Shown: positions 9,250 through 18,653 of the stretch, piece after piece | Position numbering within the stretch: position 1 is the first letter of the stretch | Layout: each line of letters starts with the position of its first letter | From: Dehalococcoidales bacterium | Lineage (GTDB): Bacteria > Chloroflexota > Dehalococcoidia > Dehalococcoidales > Fen-1064 | DNA: 34,029 bases | NCBI GenBank assembly: GCA_052326545.1 | Contig: JBKQML010000189.1 | Coordinates: 1 to 34,029 of the forward strand | Direction of reading: 5' to 3' | Made by a program: the position numbers and the translations under genes | The notes under the pieces: model-generated | Seen by the model: the letters and a program-made list of their open reading frames with translations, nothing else | Told to the model about the DNA's origin: nothing | Database searches by the model: none

Positions 9250-10674
9250 ATGAAACGGAAGATGGATTATAAATGGGTCGCCCTGTCGGTCACCTGTTTG
9301 GGCACCTTAATGGCAAACCTGGATTTGACAATAGTTGTAATCGGGCTGCCGACGATTCTGCAGCAATTGCATGCTACCATCGTTCACGGTATCTGGATTA
9401 TCACCGGCTATACTCTGATGATGACGATACTGCTGGTGCTGCTCGGTCGATTGGCTGATTTGTACGGCAGAGTCAGGCTTTACAATCTGGGTTTTGCCGT
9501 CTTTACCGTCGGGTCGCTGCTTTGCGCTTTATCCCAGAACGGCGTACAATTAATCGCTTTCCGATTCCTCCAGGGTGCCGGTGCTGCATTACTCTACGCC
9601 AACAGCGGCGCGATTATTACCGATGCTTTCCCTCCCGATGAACTCGGTATGGGACTGGGTATCAATATCATGGCGGTGAATATCGGAGCTATTGCCGGTT
9701 ATACGCTCGGCGGGGTAATGATAACTTATTTCGGGTGGCGGTCAATATTCCTGCTTAATATTCCGATTGGAATTTTCGGCACGATTTGGGGATATTTGAA
9801 TCTAAAAGAAATCAGCAAAAAACCGGTCGGCCAAAAATTTGATTTTGCCGGTTCAATCCTGTATTGTGTCGGCCTCGCAACTATCCTGCTGGCCCTGACT
9901 ATCGGAGACCCCCTTTCAACCCGTAATCTTATTATTCTTGGTTGTGGCGCAGCATTTTTTGTCGCCGTAATATTTGTCGAACTAAGGCAGAAATTCCCAA
10001 CGCTTGATTTAACGCTTTTCAAGATCAGACAATTTGCGCTGGGCAACTTAGCCAGTTTTCTGAACGCAATCGCATTCAGTTGCGGCCCCTTTTTGAGGTC
10101 ACTATACTTGCAGTTGATACTGGGTTACAGCGCGGCTAAAACAGGTCTTTTGCTCATCCCGATGGAAATTATCATCTTCGCCATCAGTCCGTTCAGCGGA
10201 AAGCTGTCCGATAAATACGGCGCCCGGGTTCTTAGTTCTCTGGGTTTACTCCTGAATGCTTCCGCATTATTCTGGTTTGCCACATTCAGTAAAGCATCGA
10301 GCTACAGTGCTGTATTAATAAGTCTAATACTGTTCGGTTTGGGAATGGCGTTATTCTTCCCTCCCAATTCCAGTGCCGTTATGGGTTCTGTTTCCGCGGA
10401 GAAGCGCGGCGTAGCGAATGGAATCAGGATGACTCTGAATCAAACAGGCAATGTCTTCAGCGTGCCCTTTTCTTTATTGCTGATGACATTAGTGATGCCC
10501 TACACTAAACTATCTTTGATAGTCAGTAGTTCTCAATTGCTCAGTTCCAATGAAGGCCCCATTTTCATGAGGGCCATAAATCATGCCTGTTTTATCCTCG
10601 GGATAATCACATTAGTCGCCATCATACCGTCTTTGGGATTGCGCTTTAAAAAAGACCAGAAAGCGAGCGAATGA
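9250..10674 (+). CDS. MFS transporter, DHA2 family, paralog 2
   Basis: Same motifs as, and long identical blocks with, 2596-4023 (KMDYKWVA, GRLADLYGRV, DFAGSILYC, CGPFLRSLYLQLILGYSA, AEKRGVA). Confidence 0.93.
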   Translation: MKRKMDYKWVALSVTCLGTLMANLDLTIVVIGLPTILQQLHATIVHGIWIITGYTLMMTILLVLLGRLADLYGRVRLYNLGFAVFTVGSLLCALSQNGVQLIAFRFLQGAGAALLYANSGAIITDAFPPDELGMGLGINIMAVNIGAIAGYTLGGVMITYFGWRSIFLLNIPIGIFGTIWGYLNLKEISKKPVGQKFDFAGSILYCVGLATILLALTIGDPLSTRNLIILGCGAAFFVAVIFVELRQKFPTLDLTLFKIRQFALGNLASFLNAIAFSCGPFLRSLYLQLILGYSAAKTGLLLIPMEIIIFAISPFSGKLSDKYGARVLSSLGLLLNASALFWFATFSKASSYSAVLISLILFGLGMALFFPPNSSAVMGSVSAEKRGVANGIRMTLNQTGNVFSVPFSLLLMTLVMPYTKLSLIVSSSQLLSSNEGPIFMRAINHACFILGIITLVAIIPSLGLRFKKDQKASE

Positions 10675-10790
10675 GTTTTTTCCTGCCAAATTGCATGTTT
10701 CGCTTTGGTTAAAAACAACACTCATCCCCGCTCCGATGCTATTACATTTTAAACATTGTCTAACTCCAATTTTGGGTCTCCCGGGAATGT

Positions 10791-10831
10791 TTGACAAAGT
10801 CAAATGCCGATGCTATACTTCACGTAAATTT
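10791..10831 (+). promoter_or_regulatory. Sigma70-type promoter of SnoaL operon A, with conserved downstream box
   Basis: TTGACA-N17-TATACT with extended -10 TG, followed by CACGTAAATTT; near copy at 16240-16281. Confidence 0.8.
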
Positions 10832-10926
10832 TCATTCGCATAGCAGGTCTTTCACATGTTCATAAAATGTTGAAATATGAAAAAGAATATCACCAGGCAT
10901 TTTTCAATCAGAGAAGGAGGCAAATT

Positions 10927-11592
10927 TTGAAATCGGAAGATTTGGAAATAAAAGTCAAAAGGCTGAAAGAAACCGTGAAAACCCTGGAAGCGAGGGTGCA
11001 AGCCGTAGAAGACATCGAGGCAATAAATAAATTAATGAACGCCTACGGCTATTACCTCGAACACTGGCAGGAAGATCAGATAATCGGACTGTGGTCTCAC
11101 AGCGACGATGTCACGCTGGAAATACATGATACCGGACTTTATAAAGGGTTCGAAGAAGTTAAACGGAGTTTCCAGTTTAAAGACCACTATACCGCTTTTA
11201 ATGGAGAGAAAACCGCCCCGCCGGAATATCTGCACATCTTAATCCCCAATGCAGGTATTATTGACGTAGACCCGGACGGCAAGAATGCGAAAGGGAGATG
11301 GTACGGTTCCTTCCTGGGCGCTTTGCGCCGGGGCGGACAACTGCGGGCTTTAATCGGATGCGGAATATGGGAAAACGAATTTGTGAAAGAAGCAGAGATT
11401 TGGAAATTTAAGAAGCTTTTATTTAACGATATTATCAGCAGTCCGTTGGACGAAGGTTGGGTCAAGACGCCTTATCTGGCTAACCCGCCGGCCAATGACA
11501 GGCCGCCTTCCGGGCCGAACACTCATGCCCAGACTTACCCATCCGGCTATATCTTCCCTTACCATTATAAAAATCCGGTCACCGGGAAATAA
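10927..11592 (+). CDS. SnoaL-like / NTF2-family protein with N-terminal coiled coil, paralog 1
   Basis: RBS AAGGAGG plus TTG at 10927 (MKSEDLE, matching the paralogs); EDIEAINKLMNAYGYYLE, YLHIL, IIDVDPDGKNAKGRW, GIWENEFVKE..WKFKKL, FPYHYKNPVTGK; SnoaL_4-like pattern. Confidence 0.85.
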   Translation: MKSEDLEIKVKRLKETVKTLEARVQAVEDIEAINKLMNAYGYYLEHWQEDQIIGLWSHSDDVTLEIHDTGLYKGFEEVKRSFQFKDHYTAFNGEKTAPPEYLHILIPNAGIIDVDPDGKNAKGRWYGSFLGALRRGGQLRALIGCGIWENEFVKEAEIWKFKKLLFNDIISSPLDEGWVKTPYLANPPANDRPPSGPNTHAQTYPSGYIFPYHYKNPVTGK

Positions 11593-11656
11593 AAACATAT
11601 TATTTAGCAAGAAATAGTAATGATAATTTAAATATTAAATAAAAGGAGAAAAACAA

Positions 11657-12112
11657 ATGGATTGGAAACTGGATACCGGAAACATTCAACTCACTAACCT
11701 GAGCCACGTTGGTATCGTGGTCAAAGACGCCGAGAAGACAACGAAATGGCTATCGACGATTTGGAATATCGGCAAGCCGGATGTTACCGATTACGAACCC
11801 AAGAAAGAAGAATTATTTGTCGGTGAACCGTTTAAGGTAAGGATTGTCAATATCAAGTTCGGAGCTTTTCCGATAGAATTACTCCAACCTCAGGATAATA
11901 AATCCATCTGGTCCAAATTCCTTGCTGAAAAGGGTGAGGGCATCCATCATGTCGCGCTGGGTGTTTCCAATTATGAAGAAATGGTAGCAAAACTACGAAA
12001 ACAGAAGCATCCATTACTGGTGGCCGCGATATTCAAGGGCGAGCGCTGGTGTTATTTCGATACGAATCCCGGCGGCACGGTCCTTGAATTCCGCGAAGAG
12101 TATAACAAGTAA
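11657..12112 (+). CDS. VOC superfamily protein (methylmalonyl-CoA epimerase/glyoxalase-like)
   Basis: HVGIVVKD, IELLQP, GEGIHHVAL, VLEF give His/Glu/His/Glu metal ligands; RBS AAGGAG. Confidence 0.9.
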   Translation: MDWKLDTGNIQLTNLSHVGIVVKDAEKTTKWLSTIWNIGKPDVTDYEPKKEELFVGEPFKVRIVNIKFGAFPIELLQPQDNKSIWSKFLAEKGEGIHHVALGVSNYEEMVAKLRKQKHPLLVAAIFKGERWCYFDTNPGGTVLEFREEYNK

Positions 12113-12213
12113 TAAACTGCTATGCAAAAATGGTTGAATTGATGCTTAATTAGTGCCTGATTAGCCCATTCGATAGAATGTATGAGTTATACGCTGGCAA
12201 AAAGAGGCTGATT

Positions 12214-12879
12214 ATGAAGTCAGAAGAATTGGAAGCAGAGGTAATATCACTAACTGAAACCGTCGTGAAGCTGGAAGCCAGACTACAAATCGCGGAAGAC
12301 ATCGAGGCAATAAAAAAACTACAAAGGACCTACGGCTATTACCTCGAACACTGGCAGGAAGAAGAGTTAATCGGGTTATTTTCCCATCGCCCCGATGTCA
12401 CAATCGAGATCAATGCCGGCGGCCAGTACAAAGGATGGGAAGGAGTTAAGCAGGCTTTCAACTTCGCAGGTCATTATACAGCTTTCGACGGGGTAAAAAA
12501 GGCTCCCCCGGAATACCTGCATATCCTGATGCCGCTTTCGGGAATAGTGGACGTGGACCCGGACGGCAAGAATGCGAAAGGAAGATGGTATGGTTATTTC
12601 CTTGGCGCTTTACGGAGGGGTGGAAAACTCCGCGCTTTAATCGGCTGCGGAATCTGGGAAAATGAATACGTGAAAGAAAAAGAAATCTGGAAATTCAAGA
12701 AACTCTTCTTTAACGATATTATCAGCAGCCCGTTGGACGAAGGCTGGGTAAAGACACCTTATCTGGCAAATCCCCCGCACAAGGAAACACCGCCGCCCGG
12801 CCCTAATACGCATTTTCAACATTATCCATCCGGTTATATTTTCCCTTATCATTATAAAAATCCGGTCACCGGGAAGTAA
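12214..12879 (+). CDS. SnoaL-like / NTF2-family protein, paralog 2
   Basis: RBS GAGG plus ATG at 12214 (MKSEELE); same motifs as paralog 1. Confidence 0.85.
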   Translation: MKSEELEAEVISLTETVVKLEARLQIAEDIEAIKKLQRTYGYYLEHWQEEELIGLFSHRPDVTIEINAGGQYKGWEGVKQAFNFAGHYTAFDGVKKAPPEYLHILMPLSGIVDVDPDGKNAKGRWYGYFLGALRRGGKLRALIGCGIWENEYVKEKEIWKFKKLFFNDIISSPLDEGWVKTPYLANPPHKETPPPGPNTHFQHYPSGYIFPYHYKNPVTGK

Positions 12880-12951
12880 AAATATCGTTCAAGAGTTTAT
12901 CCGGCATCTGCTTTAAATTATTGTATTCAGGCAATGCGACAGGAGGCAGGT

Positions 12952-13923
12952 TTGAAAACTGTTAATACGGTACTCGGGCCGTTGGAAACATCTAAAATCG
13001 GCTTTGCGTTAATGCATGACCACATTTTAGCTTCTATCGGCGGTGTGCCCCAAATCTATCCGGAATTATTGGGGAAAGACTATAAAGAGCGTATTATTAA
13101 AGGCCTGGTGGATGCCAAACAAGCCGGCGTGAATACCGTTGTCGACGCCGATACCATGAATTTGGGTAGAGATGTAAAAATACTGGCAGAAGTGTCGCGG
13201 ATAAGCGGGGTAAACGTCATTTGCTGCAGCGGCTGGTATCTGGATTTGCCCCCATTTCTCGGCACATTCAACGCTGACCAGTTTGCGCAAATCTTTGCCC
13301 GTGAGGTTCGGAAAGGAATTGAAGGTACCGATATTAAAGCCGGCATTTTAAAATCCGCCGCTGATTTTGAGGGAGTAACACCCAGTATCGAATTAGTTTT
13401 ACGCGGTGTCGCCAGGGCCCAATTGATGACCGGAGTGCCGATAATGTTGCATTCTTACTCGCAGGGACAGGTCGGAAGGCAGCAAATACCGATTTTAAAA
13501 GAAGAAGGCGTAGATTTACGGCGGGTAAAACTGGACCATTCGCCGGATACCACCGACATGGAATATCTAACATGGATAATAGAACAAGGTTGTTATTTGG
13601 GTATGGATCGATTACCGGGAATACATGTTCCACCGAAGGCCAGTGTCAGCGCTGAAGGCCGGATAAAAACGATAAAAAATTTAATCGATGCCGGCTACGG
13701 CAGCCGACTGCTGCTGGGTCATGATGCCTGCCTGGTTTCATCATTATTCGATACCATCTCTGATGCCGATAAAAGAAAACTTGAGAAAGATAATCCTTAC
13801 GGTTTCTCATATATCTCCAAAGTGGTAATCCCCAAACTCCGCGATTGGGGCGTCTCTGAAGAAACAATAAAGATGCTCATTATTGACAACCCGCGGAGAT
13901 TTTTCGAAGGAACTCCGGAGTAA
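12952..13923 (+). CDS. Phosphotriesterase-family amidohydrolase (PTE-like lactonase)
   Basis: RBS AGGAGG plus TTG; VNTVLGP, HDH metal motif, GRDV, AGILK (carbamylated Lys), MLHS, LDHS, GHD, NPRRFF. Confidence 0.92.
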   Translation: MKTVNTVLGPLETSKIGFALMHDHILASIGGVPQIYPELLGKDYKERIIKGLVDAKQAGVNTVVDADTMNLGRDVKILAEVSRISGVNVICCSGWYLDLPPFLGTFNADQFAQIFAREVRKGIEGTDIKAGILKSAADFEGVTPSIELVLRGVARAQLMTGVPIMLHSYSQGQVGRQQIPILKEEGVDLRRVKLDHSPDTTDMEYLTWIIEQGCYLGMDRLPGIHVPPKASVSAEGRIKTIKNLIDAGYGSRLLLGHDACLVSSLFDTISDADKRKLEKDNPYGFSYISKVVIPKLRDWGVSEETIKMLIIDNPRRFFEGTPE

Positions 13924-13976
13924 TCTATCAACATTAAAAATCAGGAACACCGGATAAATTGTTTCTGAACATTTAT

Positions 13977-15938
13977 CTAGTAGAGCATCCGGGCAACCAT
14001 ATTGCCTTGATGGATTGCCATTCTGATATTGTTGGGAACCAGACAATCCCCTGCCAGATAGACCTCACGCGCCAGGCCCTGCAGAGCATTCGGCACTGTT
14101 TTATCGGGTTTAGCGCCGGTGGCAATGATTACATTATCAGTTTTAATCGTCCGTTTTTTCTGCTGTTTATCGACAATCTCGACACTATCACCGGTGATCT
14201 CTTCAACTTTGGTGCCGGTTAAAATTTCAACCTTGTGCTGCACGAGCTGGTCGATCGCATAATCAATCACGTCCCGTACCATCAGTTCCCCAATGACCGG
14301 GAGTATCTCTACCAGAGTGACTTTTTTACCCTGAGCGGCGAGAAATTCCGAAGTTTCGATGCCGACTTCACCGCCGCCGATCACTACAATATCATTCCCG
14401 ACTTTAACCGAACCATCCAGTACTTTACGGGCATCAACGACAATACTCTTATCGATTCCAGGAATCTGAGGGAAGAAAGTGCGCGAACCGCTGGCGATGA
14501 TAATGACATCAGGTTTCATCTGTTTTACCAGGGCGGGAGTAGCTTCTTTATTCAGTTCAACTTTTACGCCAAGTTTCTTAAACTGCGAGTTGTAGTATCT
14601 GGGGATACTCATGATTTCTCCCTTAAGCGGAGGAACAGCGGCCAGGTTCAATAAACCGCCGAGTTTATTATCTTTTTCCCAGAGCGTCACCTTGTGGCCG
14701 ATAAGCGCGCTGATACGGGCGGCTTCCATACCGGCCGGTCCGCCACCTACTACCAGAACATTCTTCATTCTTAATGAAGGTTCGAGATGAGACACTCCCT
14801 CCCGCCAGGCATCCGGATTTACAGCACAGCGGGTCTCGTGGAACCAACCCTGACAGAGGATATCATGGCAGGTATTACAGGCAATACATGTCCTGATTTC
14901 ATCGAGCCTGCCCTCGGCCGCTTTTTTCGGCAGTTCCGGGTCGGCTACCAACGGCCGCATCATCCACACTAAATCCACTTTTCCTTCAACGATGAGTTCA
15001 TCGGCCAATATCGGGTCATTTATCCGGTTAATCACGCCTACCGGGATTTTAACCGCTTGCTTAATCCGAGCGGCATAATCGGCAAAGGCAGCTTTAGGGA
15101 CATAATACGGACCGACCGCAGACCACATGGGAGCCTCATGGGTGCCTCCCGATAAATGAATTTCATCGACACCGGCTTTCTCCAGGTAGGGGGCAATAGC
15201 CGTAACGATTTCAGGCGTCAATTGTACCGGAGCTTCATTTTTATCGAGGCGATCCAGCGCATTGACTTTGATTAAAACAGGGAAATCCTTACCGCACTTT
15301 TTCTTGATTCCCCGGATAATTTCACAGGCAAATCGGGCGCAATTCTCGATACTGCCACCATATTGGTCAGTTCTTCGATTGGTATAAGGAGACATGAACG
15401 AACCAATAAGATAACCATGGGCGCCATGAATCTCAACGCAATCGTAGCCGGCGCGTTGCACTCTTCCGGCAGCTTCGATAAACTGATTTTCCATATGCTT
15501 GATTTCTTCAACGGTCAATTCATGAGGAACGACACCGAATTTAAATTTGACCGGTGACGGCGCGACCGGTTTTAGATTTTTTGCCGCTCCGGCTTCATCG
15601 GGACGCATGGCTCTACCTTCATGCATTATCTGTATCCCGATTTTGACATCCGGGGCTACCTCATGCATTCGTTTTCCCATTTTAGCCAGAGCAGGGATGT
15701 ATTTATCATCATCTATTCTGGCCATCGACTCGGTGCCCCATCCTGAGATATCGGGACATATTCCCCCCACCATCACCAGCCCGCAGCCGCCTCTTGCTCT
15801 TTCAACGTAAAAATCCTCCGTCGCCTGGGTGATGACACCATGCGCGGCTTGAGGCGCCTGTTCGCCAAAAGCGATCCTGTTTTTAAGCTCCATTTTCCCT
15901 ATCTTGACAGGCTGGAAAAGTTTCTTAAATTCGTACAT
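13977..15938 (-). CDS. Fe-S/FAD-containing old-yellow-enzyme-family NADH:flavin oxidoreductase (FadH/BaiCD/BaiH-like)
   Basis: LKNRI, EIHGAHGYL, SPYTNRRTDQYGGS, CIACNTC...C cluster motif, two GGG dinucleotide-binding motifs, AGDC. Confidence 0.93.
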   Translation of the reverse strand: MYEFKKLFQPVKIGKMELKNRIAFGEQAPQAAHGVITQATEDFYVERARGGCGLVMVGGICPDISGWGTESMARIDDDKYIPALAKMGKRMHEVAPDVKIGIQIMHEGRAMRPDEAGAAKNLKPVAPSPVKFKFGVVPHELTVEEIKHMENQFIEAAGRVQRAGYDCVEIHGAHGYLIGSFMSPYTNRRTDQYGGSIENCARFACEIIRGIKKKCGKDFPVLIKVNALDRLDKNEAPVQLTPEIVTAIAPYLEKAGVDEIHLSGGTHEAPMWSAVGPYYVPKAAFADYAARIKQAVKIPVGVINRINDPILADELIVEGKVDLVWMMRPLVADPELPKKAAEGRLDEIRTCIACNTCHDILCQGWFHETRCAVNPDAWREGVSHLEPSLRMKNVLVVGGGPAGMEAARISALIGHKVTLWEKDNKLGGLLNLAAVPPLKGEIMSIPRYYNSQFKKLGVKVELNKEATPALVKQMKPDVIIIASGSRTFFPQIPGIDKSIVVDARKVLDGSVKVGNDIVVIGGGEVGIETSEFLAAQGKKVTLVEILPVIGELMVRDVIDYAIDQLVQHKVEILTGTKVEEITGDSVEIVDKQQKKRTIKTDNVIIATGAKPDKTVPNALQGLAREVYLAGDCLVPNNIRMAIHQGNMVARMLY

Positions 15939-16047
15939 CGTTACTCTCCATAGATATAGTCTGCCACTTGAGTTGCACCACTCTAAAAGTTTAGATTCGG
16001 GTTATCATCGCTGCTCAGGGATGGAATTGCCGGTACTCCGCGGTTGC

Positions 16048-16085
16048 AAATGATTATATTCCTTACTCCACTAATTTATCAATAC
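16048..16085 (-). promoter_or_regulatory. Promoter of the OYE gene; near copy upstream of the second alpha/beta-hydrolase gene
   Basis: Minus strand GTATTGATAAATTAGTGGAGTAAGGAATATAATCATTT (TTGATA-N18-TATAAT). Confidence 0.65.
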
Positions 16086-16239
16086 CATCGGTTTGCCCTA
16101 ATAGTAAATAATTAAATGTTAAATAGCTGGCTGCTACCTTAATAAATGACAAGAAGCACTGGTTGTTTTAGAGTCCAATCAATAAATCCAACGCGGATAT
16201 TCAGATAGAGATGAAGTCTTAGTTCGGACGAAGCAGCTG

Positions 16240-16281
16240 TTGACAATAGTCTAAAACTGATGGTATACTGCACGTAAATTT
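16240..16281 (+). promoter_or_regulatory. Sigma70-type promoter of SnoaL operon B, with conserved downstream box
   Basis: TTGACA-N18-TATACT with extended -10 TG, followed by CACGTAAATTT, as at 10791. Confidence 0.8.
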
Positions 16282-16375
16282 GCTCTCACATGATATCTAC
16301 CATCCTTCTCCAATAATATTCCACAAGAAACGTAATATCAATCAAATGAATATTAATCGATTATGGAGGCTGATT

Positions 16376-17032
16376 ATGAAGTCTGAAGATTTAGAAGCCA
16401 GGGTAAAGGCCCTCACGAAAACCGTAAAGAAACTGGAAGCCAAGGTTCAGGCTCAAGCGGATATCGAAGCAATAAAAAAATTACAACACGCCTACGGTTA
16501 TTATCTCGAACACTGGCAGGAAGATGAAATAGTAGAACTGTTTTCCCATAGCCCCGAGGTATCGTTAGAGATAAATGATACCGGCTTTTTTAAAGGGTGG
16601 GATGAAATCAAACAGAGTTTCAACTTCGCAGACCATTATACTGCTTATGGGGTAAAAAAAGCTCCCGGAGAGTTTCTGCACATATTGATACCGAATGCGG
16701 GTATTGTCGACCTGGCCCAGGATGGAAAGACGGCTAAGGGAAGATGGTATGGTTGCTTCTTTGGAGCCATGCCCAGACCGGTAGAAACCAAAGCACTAAT
16801 TGGCTGCGGCATTTGGGAGAACGAGTATGTTAAAGAAAAAGGAATCTGGAAATTCAAGAAACTGTTTTGGAATGATATTTTCTGCAGCCCATTAGACGAG
16901 GGGTGGGTAAAGAACCCATTTTTGGGACATCCGATGAAAACTGTCGCATCCAGTCCCGATGTGCATTTTCAGCATTATCCATCCGGCTTTATTTTCCCTT
17001 ACCATTACAAAAACCCGGTTACCGGCAAATAA
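16376..17032 (+). CDS. SnoaL-like / NTF2-family protein, paralog 3
   Basis: RBS GGAGG plus ATG at 16376 (MKSEDLE); same motifs, ends FPYHYKNPVTGK. Confidence 0.85.
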   Translation: MKSEDLEARVKALTKTVKKLEAKVQAQADIEAIKKLQHAYGYYLEHWQEDEIVELFSHSPEVSLEINDTGFFKGWDEIKQSFNFADHYTAYGVKKAPGEFLHILIPNAGIVDLAQDGKTAKGRWYGCFFGAMPRPVETKALIGCGIWENEYVKEKGIWKFKKLFWNDIFCSPLDEGWVKNPFLGHPMKTVASSPDVHFQHYPSGFIFPYHYKNPVTGK

Positions 17033-17139
17033 GAATTTTATACGCCAATTGAGTGACAGAGATGATACTAAATCATTCAACTTTAATTAGCTTTTTTACC
17101 GCACCTCCACCGGTAAAAAGAAGATAATCTGAGGGGAAA

Positions 17140-17919
17140 ATGAAAAGAGCTTTTACAGACATACCTGAAGGACAAATGCATTATCGGACCGAAGGACAGG
17201 GTGAACCGGTATTACTGTTGCACATGGCAGTTGCTTCTTCGGACGAATTCACAAGAGTAATGCATATTCTGTCAAAGAAATACCAGGCGATTGCCCTGGA
17301 TTTTCTGGGTTTCGGAGACTCCGACCCTGCGCCCCGTCAGTACCAGATAATTGACCATGCTCATACTGTTATCAGTTTCATGGACTCGCTTGGAATCAAG
17401 AAAGCTCACATTGCCGGTCAATTCTTCGGGGCTGAGATTGCGGTGGAGGTTGCGGTAAATTGGCCCAGGCGCGTGAATAAATTGGTTTTAGCCGGCGCAG
17501 AATTCTGGGAGGAAACTCAAGCGATCGATTTAAAAGAGCCTGAGAACTTCACCACCACCGTGGAAATAAAAAAAGACGGTTCTCATCTGCTGGAATGGTG
17601 GCGGCGGGCATGCCTTTGGGGCGATTACTCACTGGATATACTTGAGGAACGGGTCATTGAGTATGTCAAGGCCGGGCCGAGAGGCGAAGAGGCACACTGG
17701 GCCGGTGGAGAATATAACTCGAAGAACAGATTACCGCTAATAACCCATCCGACCCTGATACTGGATGCAACCGGTTTTCCGCTACATTCACGATCAAAAG
17801 CCGTCCAGAAATTAATTCCTGACAGCAAGCTAACCACCATTGAAAACGGCCCGATGTATTGCGACCGGGCCATGCCCAAAGAATATGCTGAAGCAATTCT
17901 TAACTTTTTGAATTCGTGA
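17140..17919 (+). CDS. Alpha/beta-hydrolase-fold protein with non-canonical active site, paralog 1
   Basis: GEPVLLLH, IALDFLGFGDSD, nucleophile elbow GQFFG (no Ser), PRRVNKLVL, HPTLIL, IENGPMY where a catalytic His is expected. Confidence 0.88.
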   Translation: MKRAFTDIPEGQMHYRTEGQGEPVLLLHMAVASSDEFTRVMHILSKKYQAIALDFLGFGDSDPAPRQYQIIDHAHTVISFMDSLGIKKAHIAGQFFGAEIAVEVAVNWPRRVNKLVLAGAEFWEETQAIDLKEPENFTTTVEIKKDGSHLLEWWRRACLWGDYSLDILEERVIEYVKAGPRGEEAHWAGGEYNSKNRLPLITHPTLILDATGFPLHSRSKAVQKLIPDSKLTTIENGPMYCDRAMPKEYAEAILNFLNS

Positions 17920-17927
17920 GGTAAATT

Positions 17928-18593
17928 TTGAAATCAGATAATTTAGCAACAGCGGTCCTGGCCCTGGAAGCAACTGTGAAGCAACTGGAAGTAAAACTCC
18001 AGGTTGTAGAAGATATTGAAGCGATTAAAAAATTACAATGGGCTTACGGCTATTATCTGGAACACTGGCAGGAAGAAGAACTAATCGGGTTATGGTCTCA
18101 CCGCCCTGATGTATCTGTCGAGATAAACGATTTCGGACTGTTTAAAGGATGGGAAGGAGTTCAAAGCTGTTTCCATTTTGAAGACCACTATCCCGCCTAC
18201 GGCCACGCGAAAAAAGCGCCGCCGGAATACCTGCACATATTGATACCGATGGCCGGTATTGTTGACGTTGACCCGGATGGTAAAAATGCAAAAGGACGGT
18301 GGTACGGCTATTTCCTTGGGGCAATGCCCAGAGAGGGGCAAACCAGAGCCTTAATCGGTTGCGAGATTTGGGAGAACGAGTATATCAAAGAAGATGGAAC
18401 CTGGAAATTTATGAAACTCTTCTGGAGCGAGATTATTAGCAGCCCGTTAGAAGAAGGCTGGGTTAAAAAACCATCAATCCTGAACCCGCCGCACAGATAT
18501 AGTCCCCCCTCCGGACCTGACACTCATTTTGCTCCTTACCCATCAGGGTATATTTTGCCCTATCATTACAAGAATCCGGTCACCGGGAAATAG
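17928..18593 (+). CDS. SnoaL-like / NTF2-family protein, paralog 4
   Basis: RBS GAGG plus TTG; same motifs, ends LPYHYKNPVTGK. Confidence 0.85.
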   Translation: MKSDNLATAVLALEATVKQLEVKLQVVEDIEAIKKLQWAYGYYLEHWQEEELIGLWSHRPDVSVEINDFGLFKGWEGVQSCFHFEDHYPAYGHAKKAPPEYLHILIPMAGIVDVDPDGKNAKGRWYGYFLGAMPREGQTRALIGCEIWENEYIKEDGTWKFMKLFWSEIISSPLEEGWVKKPSILNPPHRYSPPSGPDTHFAPYPSGYILPYHYKNPVTGK

Positions 18594-18653
18594 ATACACT
18601 TATACGTAAAAAAATAACGAAACTACGATAATTTTTCACCATAGTCGTTCAAC

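Noticed and set aside
10867-10926. Upstream starts given by the ORF track for SnoaL 1-3 and others (12178, 16280, 12934, 20112, 25934, 26056, 27781, 30427, 30788)
   Set aside because: RBS position and paralog alignment support the downstream starts used here (30872 is the least certain).
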